Origin: a virus
Strand: one strand, 5' to 3'
IMG/VR virus record: IMGVR_UViG_3300047462_000172
DNA length: 64,000 nt
A program made the position numbers and the translations under genes. This document shows positions 51,730 to 61,929 of this stretch, piece after piece. The notes beneath the pieces are model-generated. The model saw only the letters and a program-made list of their open reading frames with translations. It did no database searches and was not told where the DNA came from. The first letter of the stretch is position 1, and each line of letters starts with the position of its first letter.

Positions 51730-52259
51730 TCCTCTAAGCACACCTTGGAGGGTTAACATAAGAAATGTTTGGTACTCTATCGATGACCAAATGGGGAGTC
51801 TCGTACGTTAACAAGGACGGAACGAACTATTATGTGTCTGAAATAGATCAACCTCTCAACAAGATTGTGTGGACGACAAGAAAAGAAAAAGCAAAACATT
51901 TTGGTTCACAAAACGAAGCATCTAACTGCCTCGATTATATGAAACGAACAAGAAAACTAAATGGTAGTTTGGTACATTTATGACACCAGTCAATTATCAC
52001 CAGTGGTTAGAGCAATTATTGCAAGGTCAGAAAAATAATTCTGTCTACATGATAGAGATGAGGAAGGATAACAACAAATGGTTTCTCTTTGGAGTATCTC
52101 CAAAGGATGTAATAGAGAGAATATATTGGACACCAAATGTTAAAAGTGCACATATATTCACAACTGAACAATCAGTAGAAGAATTTAAGTCTGACTACAT
52201 CTCTCCTCGAAAAGTCTCAATCATAAGGATACCAACATTGGTTGATGCGCTACTAACAT

Positions 52260-52787
52260 TTGGTATCTAAAGGATACATTATGAGCGACTATACAACAGA
52301 TGAAAATTTTCAAGCAGCTATAATTGTTGTATTAAAACACGAAGGTGGATATGTGAACGATCCAACCGATAGTGGAGGCGAGACTTGTTATGGAATCTCA
52401 AAAAGAGTCTATCCTGACCTTGATATTAAAAATCTAACAGAAGATCAAGCAAAACAAATCTACTACAAAGATTGGTGGATCCGTCGATCCTACTATGAGA
52501 TCACAAATTGCACACTTGCAACAAAGGTATTTGATACTGCTGTTAACATTGGTGCAACTAGAGCAAACATTATTCTTCAACGCTGCCTTAACGTAAATGG
52601 ATATCCAAACATTAAGGACGATGGCGACTTGGGTCCAATGACAATCCGTTCAATAAATGCATGTGATCCTCAAATTATCTTGACTGTCTTTCGCACAGCA
52701 CAGGCTAACTATTACAAAGCGGTTGTTGCAAAGAATCCTAAGGATGCTAAATTTTTGAAAGGATGGCTTGCAAGGGCTGCAGATTAA
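52260..52787 (+). CDS. Endolysin, GH108 lysozyme plus PG-binding domain
   Basis: 'HEGGYVNDPTDSGGETCYGIS', 'FDTAVNIG', 'KFLKGWLARA'. Confidence 0.92.
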   Translation: MVSKGYIMSDYTTDENFQAAIIVVLKHEGGYVNDPTDSGGETCYGISKRVYPDLDIKNLTEDQAKQIYYKDWWIRRSYYEITNCTLATKVFDTAVNIGATRANIILQRCLNVNGYPNIKDDGDLGPMTIRSINACDPQIILTVFRTAQANYYKAVVAKNPKDAKFLKGWLARAAD

Positions 52788-53640
52788 AGTTGACCTTAAC
52801 CCTAAAATATCGTATAATAATAGATTACTGGAGATTATAATGTTTTTTCGCCTATTCTCAGACCTTCATAATGAATTCTCAACATTTGAGATGATTCCGC
52901 TCGAAACGGATAAAGATGACGTCCTTGTCCTTGCAGGAGATATAGGTGTTGCAAAAGCGTTGGAGACCTTCGATCCTATCCTTGAATGGGCACCTCGATT
53001 TCGTCGAGTAATCCAAATTTGTGGAAACCATGAATACTACCATGGTTCACTCCTTCGTGTGAAGGATAAAATTCGTGAGAAGCTTGGTCATCTACCAAAC
53101 TGGACTCTTGCAGACAATAATGTTGTTCAAGTAGATAACGTCTCATTCATCTGTGCAACATTGTGGACAGATATGAACAAAGGCGATGCACTTGCAATGC
53201 ATGCAATTCGTGCTGGTTTGAACGACTACAACTATATTCGTACAGGTCCAAACCTAAACAACGCATACTTGAAGAAGATCAGTCCTCATGACATTCGTAA
53301 TGAGCATTTGCACTCGAAAGAGTTTATCTTTAGGTCAATTGTTGAAGAGAAAGTAGCTGGTCAGAAAACAGTTGTTGTATCCCATCATGGTCCTTGCACA
53401 AAGTCAATTGACTATGCAAGATATGGAAACGATATAATCAATTGGGCATATGTGTCGGATCTCTCCAATGAGATTTTGGATACGGAACCTGATTTTATGG
53501 TCCATGGTCATACTCACACGAGTTTTGACTACATGATTGGAGATCATACTCGGTTGATCACAAATCCCCGTGGATATGCTGCTCCTATGGCTCCTCCCGA
53601 AAATCCAGCATTTAACCCAATCCTCCGAATAGAGGTATAA
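52768..53640 (+). CDS. Calcineurin-like metallophosphoesterase (start probably 52840)
   Basis: SDLH, LAGDI, GNHEYY, SHH.P, HGHTH. Confidence 0.9.
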   Translation: MQGLQIKVDLNPKISYNNRLLEIIMFFRLFSDLHNEFSTFEMIPLETDKDDVLVLAGDIGVAKALETFDPILEWAPRFRRVIQICGNHEYYHGSLLRVKDKIREKLGHLPNWTLADNNVVQVDNVSFICATLWTDMNKGDALAMHAIRAGLNDYNYIRTGPNLNNAYLKKISPHDIRNEHLHSKEFIFRSIVEEKVAGQKTVVVSHHGPCTKSIDYARYGNDIINWAYVSDLSNEILDTEPDFMVHGHTHTSFDYMIGDHTRLITNPRGYAAPMAPPENPAFNPILRIEV

Positions 53641-53671
53641 ATAGACCCCAGGCACACTGGGGTTTATCTTT

Positions 53672-53851
53672 ATGAAGGTTGAAGAACTGATGTCGATAAG
53701 AGACAGCAAAATAAATAATCGTGAGAAAGCTATGCTTATTGCAAAAATGCAGAAGGTAGCAGCGAAGAAGAATAACCCTATTGATACAGATATTCCGTCA
53801 GGATGGAATGCTTCGCCATTTCAAGGTACGTCTAACCCTCACAACACATAA
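53672..53851 (+). CDS. 59-aa late protein (not in ORF track)
   Basis: TATAAATA at 53636-53643; reads MKVEELMSIRDS... Confidence 0.55.
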   Translation: MKVEELMSIRDSKINNREKAMLIAKMQKVAAKKNNPIDTDIPSGWNASPFQGTSNPHNT

Positions 53852-53860
53852 AGGTTTATT

Positions 53861-54241
53861 ATGAAAATAGTTGAAATTATGGCTCCGCAACAGCAATGGA
53901 CAGAACGAACAATGGGTGGTTTTGAGATCCATAAAATTAAAGGTATGAGTGGTACTGGTGTTGGTCATTTGTATAGCTACAATGATGAAAACGATGAAGA
54001 AGTACCAGTAAGAATTGAATTTGATTTTGAAATGCCTTCTCGTGGTTCATGGCACGAACCAGCACATGGTGGAATGGCAGAGATAACAAAAGCAACAACA
54101 CAAGATGGACAGGATATTCCTGTTAACTCTTTTAAGTATGACGAAAGTAATATTATTGAAGCGATTGGTGAGTATTACGAAGGTGAAAAGTCATATCACG
54201 CTGATAACTTACGCAAGCGACGTAGAGAAGAAGGATTTTAA
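53861..54241 (+). CDS. Acidic late protein, candidate internal head protein
   Basis: MKIVEIM start, located in the late operon. Confidence 0.6.
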   Translation: MKIVEIMAPQQQWTERTMGGFEIHKIKGMSGTGVGHLYSYNDENDEEVPVRIEFDFEMPSRGSWHEPAHGGMAEITKATTQDGQDIPVNSFKYDESNIIEAIGEYYEGEKSYHADNLRKRRREEGF

Positions 54242-54805
54242 ATGAAAAGCTTAACAACAAAGAAATTACTTGAATTTGCAGGAGTTGATACAACGAAAGG
54301 TGCTGCTAAGGCATTGGTACAGAAGTATCTAAACGAAGATATGGAAGGCATTGAACCAGAGAAACCTGAGCATGGTAAGGAGCGTGGTGAGTTTGATGCT
54401 GTCTCAATGACTAAGAATCAACTGCAAACAATTATTCGTGATGCAAAGGAGATGCAAGATTCTATTCACGATGATGAAGAAATTCCTGAATGGATCAAGG
54501 CAAAGATTACAAAGGCACAGGACTATATTCAAACTGTTGCAGACGTAATGCTATCTCGCCATGAAGATGGTCAAGCTGTTCACGATGATCGAGGTAGTGA
54601 TGAGGAAGATTGCTCTGATATGGCTGGTCCAATGATGGGTGGCATGGAACAAGAAGAATGGGCAGTCAAGCACACAGGTGAGAATACAAAACAGAGTGTA
54701 GCAACACTTCGTCATCAAGCAGCTGCTGCAAAGAAGGCAGGCGATATACACCGTTATCATCAGAAAGAATTTGCAGTACAGGCAAAGACACACTGGGGTA
54801 AGTAA
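54242..54805 (+). CDS. Late protein, candidate prohead-core or internal protein
   Basis: 'SMTKNQLQTIIRDAKEM...IPEWIKAKITKAQDYI' helical motif, with LLE/LNE sites. Confidence 0.6.
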   Translation: MKSLTTKKLLEFAGVDTTKGAAKALVQKYLNEDMEGIEPEKPEHGKERGEFDAVSMTKNQLQTIIRDAKEMQDSIHDDEEIPEWIKAKITKAQDYIQTVADVMLSRHEDGQAVHDDRGSDEEDCSDMAGPMMGGMEQEEWAVKHTGENTKQSVATLRHQAAAAKKAGDIHRYHQKEFAVQAKTHWGK

Positions 54806-55150
54806 ATGAAAGTCAAAGAACTATTTGAGATGACAAACGATCAAGCAGAAGCTAACGCACACAATATGTACGGATCACTTTCACATCCAAAAGCTCAATC
54901 ATATTTGAGTCGTAATGGTGAAGCTGGTGGCGGAAGCGGTGGTGGATCAGACGATGGCTACTCTTGGAAGGAGTGGGCGCATGATTGGTTTGAAGATCAC
55001 TTTGGTGGCACAGATAGTCCTGCAATGTCTGATTTAAAGAATATAAATGGTCGCAATCCTGAAGCAGCGTTTGCAGAAATCGATAAAGCAGATCCAAGCC
55101 TCGAAGATCAGCAAATCGAATACTTAATGAATTATTTGTACGATCTTTAA
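54806..55150 (+). CDS. Late protein, candidate internal head protein
   Basis: MKVKELFE start. Confidence 0.6.
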   Translation: MKVKELFEMTNDQAEANAHNMYGSLSHPKAQSYLSRNGEAGGGSGGGSDDGYSWKEWAHDWFEDHFGGTDSPAMSDLKNINGRNPEAAFAEIDKADPSLEDQQIEYLMNYLYDL

Positions 55151-57324
55151 ATGTTATAGTTTGATAACGAATCGTTAAGAATTCTGTTCACACGAACAAA
55201 CGTTGCACACTTTGGCATATCCTTAAGACGTCGTGCTCCAATATATGTGCAAGAACTTCTTAAGCCTCCAAGGATCTCTTCGATAGTACCTGATACAGAT
55301 CCCTTAAATGGTACTTCAACAACCTTACCTTCCGATGCTCGGTAATTTGCCTTGCCACCATAATGCTTATCCATGGCTTGTTTAGATGACATTCCGTAGA
55401 AGCGCATCCGTTTACCTTCATATGGTGTCTCAATGATCTCACCATTACATTCGGTATGTCCCGCGAAGATCCCACCAGCCATGATGAAATCAGATCCAGC
55501 TGCAAACGCTTTGGAGAAATCTCCTGGGTGAACAATCCCACCATCACCGCAAATTAAACCACCTGCACCATGAGCTGCATCTTGGCATTCTATAATAGCC
55601 GAGAGTTGAGGGTACCCAACACCAGTAATCCTGCGAGTAGTACAGACAGAATTATGAACAATCATATTATTAGCAATAAAACTATGAGTTTCATCATCAA
55701 TTTCTAAATCATATACAGGAACCAGAACTTCATTTTCGATAGTAACGTCGAGAAGTTTAATTATGTGATAGTAGTCATTAAGAAAGCGTTTTTCTAATGT
55801 TTTTGGAACGAACGTTGTAAATGCTTCATTTGTGGCTGTAACTCTATGTGATGATTGTAATTGTGGTTTGTTTACGTTTGCACACCCATCAAATAATACC
55901 ATTGATATAAATTGAAACAATTCAATAATTTGAGTAGATGTATTTGTCAGTCTAACGTTATTATGATCACTATGACCATCACTATCGATTAGTCCATCAA
56001 ACAATCCCCACAAATAGTCTTTTCCTATACAATAGTACTGATTAGGAAGATGTTTTAAGGCTGATTTACCAAACTGGTCTAATAAAGCCGCCCACTGTTT
56101 ACTGTGAAGTGTTAATATAACAACGTTATCTCTTGATGTCTCTACAACACCCTTTCCAACGACATATTGTACAATCCTTTTAACTTTTGCAATAATATCT
56201 GTTTCTGTGTTTTGAAAATACCATTGCACACGACCGGAATAATTCCCACCAAGATATGAATTACCATCACCGAGAAATGTACCAAATAAATATCCAAGCT
56301 CATATGTAGAGGTAATTTCTTTATTATACTCTTCCTCAAATCCGACATGTTTAAAATATTCAGAGATGTCTATTGTAAATGATTCTGTTAAATCAAATTT
56401 AATCTGGCGGGGCATTAATCCGACGCTATCATTTGTATTCAGGTTTACAGCAGGATTCCATTCTAATTTAGAATTACCTGTTTTTGTTGGCTTGTTTAAT
56501 ACTTTATACCCTTGAGATGCAAAAGTATCAGAAGAAACAGTAGATAAATCACCTACATAACATTTGTGGTCTAATGTTAATGACAATGGTTTATGAAAAT
56601 GAGCGTTACGGATTTTCATAACCTTTCGTGAACCTGAACGAATTAAATGTTTAACCGTTGCTGGTTCTCCATTCATATTGATAATTTTATCACCAGGACA
56701 AACATCGATAATATCTTTATATGTTCCATTTGCCATTAAAATGCGGGTATCGCCAGTTAAACAGCCAGGACCAATCCCCACTTTAACAATATCTGCACCA
56801 TGTTCGAGTAGGTCATATACCATATCTCCTGAAATGACATTGCCTGCCATAATGACAGCTGAAGTCTCACTTCGTACTTTACGAACGAACTTCAAAAACT
56901 TAGGTGAGTATCCATTTGCAACATCAATGCAAAGGTATTGCAACCCACGACCTGTTTCTTGGACACGACGTGCTACATCCAAAAACTTACAAAAGTCATC
57001 GTCTGTGATCCCCATTGAATAGAATGTATGAGGATTACGTTTGTGTTTTGGTAAGGAAAAGTAATACACTAATTGATCTTCAGTATAGAACTTATGCAAT
57101 GCTACCGCTATATTATGTGGTACAAGTGCATCTGCCATCGCGAATGTTCCTACAGAATCCATATTCGCTACACAAATTGGTGTTCCTGTATATTCAACTG
57201 GCGAATGTTTAAACTTGAATGTACGAGTAATGTCTACCTTCGCTCTACTATCCAAAGTAGAGCGCTTTGGCATCAGTAGGACATCTTGAAAGTCTAACTT
57301 TACATCTTCAATTATCGTAGTCAT
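55147..57324 (-). CDS. guaC: GMP reductase (IMPDH/GMPR family) interrupted by an intein
   Basis: 'KLDFQDVLLMPKRSTLDSR', ANMDSVGT, DVANGYS, KVGIGPG|SVCTTR, GVGYPQLSA, FYGMSS, YRASEGK, GGLRSSCTYIGA. Confidence 0.92.
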   Translation of the reverse strand: MTTIIEDVKLDFQDVLLMPKRSTLDSRAKVDITRTFKFKHSPVEYTGTPICVANMDSVGTFAMADALVPHNIAVALHKFYTEDQLVYYFSLPKHKRNPHTFYSMGITDDDFCKFLDVARRVQETGRGLQYLCIDVANGYSPKFLKFVRKVRSETSAVIMAGNVISGDMVYDLLEHGADIVKVGIGPGCLTGDTRILMANGTYKDIIDVCPGDKIINMNGEPATVKHLIRSGSRKVMKIRNAHFHKPLSLTLDHKCYVGDLSTVSSDTFASQGYKVLNKPTKTGNSKLEWNPAVNLNTNDSVGLMPRQIKFDLTESFTIDISEYFKHVGFEEEYNKEITSTYELGYLFGTFLGDGNSYLGGNYSGRVQWYFQNTETDIIAKVKRIVQYVVGKGVVETSRDNVVILTLHSKQWAALLDQFGKSALKHLPNQYYCIGKDYLWGLFDGLIDSDGHSDHNNVRLTNTSTQIIELFQFISMVLFDGCANVNKPQLQSSHRVTATNEAFTTFVPKTLEKRFLNDYYHIIKLLDVTIENEVLVPVYDLEIDDETHSFIANNMIVHNSVCTTRRITGVGYPQLSAIIECQDAAHGAGGLICGDGGIVHPGDFSKAFAAGSDFIMAGGIFAGHTECNGEIIETPYEGKRMRFYGMSSKQAMDKHYGGKANYRASEGKVVEVPFKGSVSGTIEEILGGLRSSCTYIGARRLKDMPKCATFVRVNRILNDSLSNYNI
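55651..56763 (-). mobile_element. Intein (371 aa) with LAGLIDADG homing endonuclease
   Basis: Begins CLTGDTRI, has block B 'LTLDHK', 'GYLFGTFLGDG', 'YLWGLFDGLIDSDG', and ends 'VYDLEI..HSFIANNMIVHN'. The +1 residue is Ser. Confidence 0.95.
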
Positions 57325-57507
57325 TTTTTCCTTTTTGCTTTTGGTTGGTTCACATCCATAAAAATGTCCTTATACTTCTCTGTAGAACCAAGGAAGTTCT
57401 GATGTGGAAGTTGAAACTTCGTTTTCTTCTCATAGAAGATTAACGGATCAACTTCATTTAAGTGATCAATGAACTTCTGCCAATAAGCCTCTGCTCTCGT
57501 CATACAT

Positions 57508-58686
57508 TTAAGTGAATCCAACCTTTACCTTGCTACTCTTTGTGCGATCCTTTGGCTTTTTGTAGTTAAAGATTTCGGCAAGTGTCATAGGACCTTTAGC
57601 TTCCTCTACATCATTGCCATGTAGCTTCCGCATCAAGAGTTGTGCACGAGTCTTCTCAAGTTTCTCGAATCGATACTCAGCAATACATCTACCTGGACGA
57701 AGTAATGCATCATCAATATCAGATAGGCTGCTATTGAATGTACAAACAATTTGCAACTTAAGAACATCTCCCAAGATACCATCAGAGAGATTCAAAATAT
57801 TGCTGACAGCCTGATTGCCACCAGCCTCTCGATGACGAAGAACGTTTTCAGCATCTTCAATAAGAAGAATGCTATTAATCGCCTCGCTCATCATAAATGT
57901 GATAAAACCAGGAGAAGACAAATGCTCTGTCAAATCAGGTGGCATATAGATCAACTTCTTATTGTCAATCGTATGCAACAAATGCTTCAAATAGCTTGTC
58001 TTGCCAGTTCCTGGATCTCCATGAAACAAAACAAGTCCACTTTCGCTATCAGTCTTCAATGTGTTGATAATACGTTCGGAGATACCTTCAAAGTCCTCAT
58101 TGTAATTCTCAAATGAGAACTGAGACTTCTTGCTATTCAAAGGAATATCCTTCAAATAGAAGTCTTGATTGCTCTGCGTAATGATATGGATCTTATCCTT
58201 CTTTGTAGGAGGAGGAGCGATAAACTGTTTTGCATATTCCGTGAATGCACCAAGTTCAACACGTTCGTGCTTATCAGAATAGATCGTAAATGCTGTCATT
58301 GTACGACGACGAGTTGGACTGATACGAAATTGTGCAACAGTTCCGATCGTGCTAAATGCAATGTATGCAAGAAACACATTACCTTCAAAGTTTGCAAACT
58401 TATAGATTACCTTTCCATCAACAACGGATTGTCCCAACTTATCTGTCATAAACTTGAAAAATGAAGTTAGTTCCTTCTCCATATAATCCATACCAATTCC
58501 TGGTAGGTCATCATTACCATCATCCTCATCGTCATCGTCATAAGCACCACCATAACGATCAGTGATACCAGTGTGATAAACGAAGTTAACACTATCACCA
58601 AAATGTCGGTAATAGATTTCATAAGGAGATAGAAAGATATCAGCTGGGGTACGAGAAACTTCTGAACGTAATTCGAATTTTGCCAT
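57508..58686 (-). CDS. AAA+ ATPase
   Basis: Walker A HGDPGTGKT, Walker B LLIEDAE, SRH 'IDDALLRPGR'. Confidence 0.9.
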   Translation of the reverse strand: MAKFELRSEVSRTPADIFLSPYEIYYRHFGDSVNFVYHTGITDRYGGAYDDDDEDDGNDDLPGIGMDYMEKELTSFFKFMTDKLGQSVVDGKVIYKFANFEGNVFLAYIAFSTIGTVAQFRISPTRRRTMTAFTIYSDKHERVELGAFTEYAKQFIAPPPTKKDKIHIITQSNQDFYLKDIPLNSKKSQFSFENYNEDFEGISERIINTLKTDSESGLVLFHGDPGTGKTSYLKHLLHTIDNKKLIYMPPDLTEHLSSPGFITFMMSEAINSILLIEDAENVLRHREAGGNQAVSNILNLSDGILGDVLKLQIVCTFNSSLSDIDDALLRPGRCIAEYRFEKLEKTRAQLLMRKLHGNDVEEAKGPMTLAEIFNYKKPKDRTKSSKVKVGFT

Positions 58687-59515
58687 TAGTATTGGTTCTC
58701 TTTTTGAAGTTGATAATGTGCACCTTAAAGGAACTCAATTAGGTTGACAACATTAAATTGACAAACGCTATTAATATATGTAGAGTCATTATAAAGGAGA
58801 ATCGAATATGATGATAAGGTTCAAAAATAAAATGACAATGGCGATCATATCAATGATCGAGAAAGGAAAGACACATGGTGGTATTCCTTCTGTTATAGAG
58901 ATCTCTGTTGATGAAGCACAACACCTCGTGCAAGAGATAAATTCTCTTCGTGGTGATTCTGAATTGCAACTTGAACGATATAGATTTAAACGTCTCGTGC
59001 AATCATTTGTTGATGCACGATTGAGTTTTATCGCAAAGGAATTGTCAGATGAAGAGAAGTTTAAAATTCTAACAGAATGGACAGAGGGAAAGATAGGTGT
59101 TTTCTTTGATGGTGTTCCTATTCGTGTTGTTATCAATGTTGATGCAAATGAAGGGCATGTATTTTAATGTCAACAATAAACAACATCTATGGTGGAAAAG
59201 TATTAATTCCTTTCGCTGATTTTGGTCCTGATACAGTGTTTACACAACTCGAAGGTGGTAGTGTCGTTGCTATTGATGCAGAGTTTGGACTAGGACGTGA
59301 TTTTGTTCATAGTGAAAATTTTGGGATCTTTTCAAAAGAAGGATATGAACAAATTCTTAGAGAACATGAAGCATTTAAGCAGGAATATACTTGGATACCC
59401 TCAATTTGGAAATGGCTACCAAATGAAATGGTTGACAAAACGTAGCTGGAATAGTATAAATACCAATACGCAATAGGATAGACCTGTTGCATTACAAATA
59501 ACCTAGGGGATTCCT

Positions 59516-60601
59516 ATGGCTTCAAAAGAACACTATGACCTATTAGTTTTTATAGGTCGATTTCAACCTTTTCACGCAGGACATAAGAAAGTTATTGAAC
59601 TTGCTCTCGAACGAGCAGATCAAGTTCTTATGCTTGTTGGTTCTTCCTATCAACCACGAACGATTAAAAATCCGTTCACATATGATGAACGTCTATTGAT
59701 GATTTCATCAAGTCTCGAACCAACTGAGGTTGATCGGGTTTCAATTATACCTATTCGAGATTATCTCTACAATGATCAGAAATGGCTTGCACAGGTACAA
59801 CAGATCGTGGAAGCACGAGTAAATGGTGGTGGTTTTGTTCGCACTTCAAATAAGAACGATTACATTCCTCATCCAAAGACTTTGAGTGTTGGTATTATTG
59901 GATATGACAAAGATGAGTCAAGTTGGTACCTCACTGCCTTTCCTCAATACGATTTCATTAACGTTGGTCGCAATTATGTTGATACGATCGATGCTACAAA
60001 GATTCGTGAACTTTGGCTAGATGGACATAGTCCAAATTTCACATCGGGGGTACTTCGCGATAGCGTTCACAATTTTATGTACAAGAAGTTTCCGAAGAAG
60101 GAATACGAACGCTTACAACGTGAACTTAAATTGATTAAACAGGTTAAGGATGAAAAGGCTGTCTACAAGTATCCGATTATTGATCACACAGTTGATGCTG
60201 TTGTTATTCAATCAGGACATGTATTGTTAGTGAAACGTAAATCTGCACCAGGTGAGGGTTTGTTTGCAATACCTGGAGGGTACCTGAATCCAAACGAAAC
60301 ATTGGTTGATGGTATGATTCGAGAACTTCGTGAAGAAACAAAGATCAAAGTACCTGAACCAGTTCTTCGTGGAAGTATTAAAGCACAGCATTGTTTTGAT
60401 GCACCAGGAAGAAGTTTAAGAGGTCGAATTATCACACAGGCGTTCTTAATTCAACTTGCGCCAGGTCCGTTGCCTCAAGTTAAAGGTAGCGATGATGCTG
60501 CAAAGGCAAAGTGGGTACCACTTTCTGAGTTTGAGAAGATGGAAGAACAAATGTTTGAAGACCATAGTTATATAATTCAATATTTTCTAGGGAGAGTATA
60601 A
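59516..60601 (+). CDS. nadM: Bifunctional NMN adenylyltransferase / Nudix ADP-ribose pyrophosphatase
   Basis: 'FIGRFQPFHAGH' HxGH motif and Nudix box 'GGYLNPNETLVDGMIRELREET'. Confidence 0.92.
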   Translation: MASKEHYDLLVFIGRFQPFHAGHKKVIELALERADQVLMLVGSSYQPRTIKNPFTYDERLLMISSSLEPTEVDRVSIIPIRDYLYNDQKWLAQVQQIVEARVNGGGFVRTSNKNDYIPHPKTLSVGIIGYDKDESSWYLTAFPQYDFINVGRNYVDTIDATKIRELWLDGHSPNFTSGVLRDSVHNFMYKKFPKKEYERLQRELKLIKQVKDEKAVYKYPIIDHTVDAVVIQSGHVLLVKRKSAPGEGLFAIPGGYLNPNETLVDGMIRELREETKIKVPEPVLRGSIKAQHCFDAPGRSLRGRIITQAFLIQLAPGPLPQVKGSDDAAKAKWVPLSEFEKMEEQMFEDHSYIIQYFLGRV

Positions 60602-60924
60602 TGCCTTGCTATGATCCACCAATGACACAAGCAGAAATTACTGCTATGGAACAAGAACGCGTACGAAAACAACTTGAGAAATTCTCTCACAATAGTCCTG
60701 TTGCTGACATGCTTTGCTATGTTCTCCGTAAACTTGAAGAAGCTGAAGAACCTGTTAAGATTCAACACCTTCCTGAAAACATCCACGAATGGTGGGAAGA
60801 ACATAAAGAGCGTGATCGTAAGAAAGCTCGTGCTGAAAAACGTAAGTTTGATGAAGCAGCTGAACGTGAACGTGCTTTACTTAAACTGACTCCTACTGAG
60901 AAGAAGCTGTTAGGAATTAAGTAA
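60601..60924 (+). CDS. Hypothetical protein
   Basis: TAATG-coupled to nadM. Confidence 0.65.
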   Translation: MPCYDPPMTQAEITAMEQERVRKQLEKFSHNSPVADMLCYVLRKLEEAEEPVKIQHLPENIHEWWEEHKERDRKKARAEKRKFDEAAERERALLKLTPTEKKLLGIK

Positions 60925-61176
60925 TGACTCCTGTTGAAGAGTTGGCTGATATGTTTACTGAAATCAATCGAATGTTTTGGGCTGGTGAGTTTGTAAAAGT
61001 AAATCAGCTTCTTCTTGATATGTCTATGACCGAACCAACAGAAGTTTTAGTTGGACGATTGCGTATTTGTTCGTGTGCAAGTAAAGACCTCCCTGACTTT
61101 CAATTAGTCGTAAATAGAGTAGACGCAGAGCTACAACGTAGGGGATATGACCCCAAACGACTATTACGGGGATTGT

Positions 61177-61821
61177 ATGAAAGTACGGGAGATAATTCTA
61201 ACTGAAGAACAGCTTCTATTACTTGAATATGGTAAGGTAGGCACAATGGCTGGTGCTATAGCTGGTGGTGCTCTTGGAATAATGGGTGCATATCAGGCTG
61301 ATAAGGCTTATCACCAATCTCACGAACCACCTAAAGTAGCTCAACACCAACCAGTCGTTTTGCCTGAACCAAAGAAAGTAGATCCATCGCATGTGAAGAT
61401 GGCTGAAAAAATTGTTCAGAAGTATAAGGTAGATGCAGGATTTGCAAAGCAAGTTGTTGAACTTGCACATCAGTATGCAAAACCTGATTTTCCTACTGCA
61501 AAAGATATTATTGCAGTTGTAGGAGTTGAAAGTAGTTTTGATCCTAATGCTGTTTCAGGTCTACGTAAAGATCCAGCTGTTGGATTAATGCAAGTTCGCC
61601 CAAAAGTATGGAATATGCATCGTCAAGAACTTGAAGGAAATATCGAGAAGCAAATTGCAACAGGTTCAGATATTCTAAATCTCTATTATAAGAAACTTCA
61701 TAACAAACAAGCAGCAATCGCTGCATATAACGTTGGTATGGGTGAGTATAGAAGTGGTAATACTGCTGAAGGGTATGTTGCGAAGGTAATGCGAGAACTT
61801 AACCAATACGTTAAGATTTGA
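61177..61821 (+). CDS. Lytic transglycosylase (SLT domain), candidate virion protein
   Basis: 'VVGVESSFDPNAVS...AVGLMQV', 'AAIAAYNVG'. Start MKVREIILTE, with TAAATA at 61111-61116. Confidence 0.88.
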   Translation: MKVREIILTEEQLLLLEYGKVGTMAGAIAGGALGIMGAYQADKAYHQSHEPPKVAQHQPVVLPEPKKVDPSHVKMAEKIVQKYKVDAGFAKQVVELAHQYAKPDFPTAKDIIAVVGVESSFDPNAVSGLRKDPAVGLMQVRPKVWNMHRQELEGNIEKQIATGSDILNLYYKKLHNKQAAIAAYNVGMGEYRSGNTAEGYVAKVMRELNQYVKI

Positions 61822-61929
61822 CATTTAATAGATAACCATATATAATAATGCCATTACAGGATTTGTATAGGCAAATCACACTCAAGAGGATAGACCTCAC
61901 GAGTACAACATTTAATAGGAGGATTTCCT

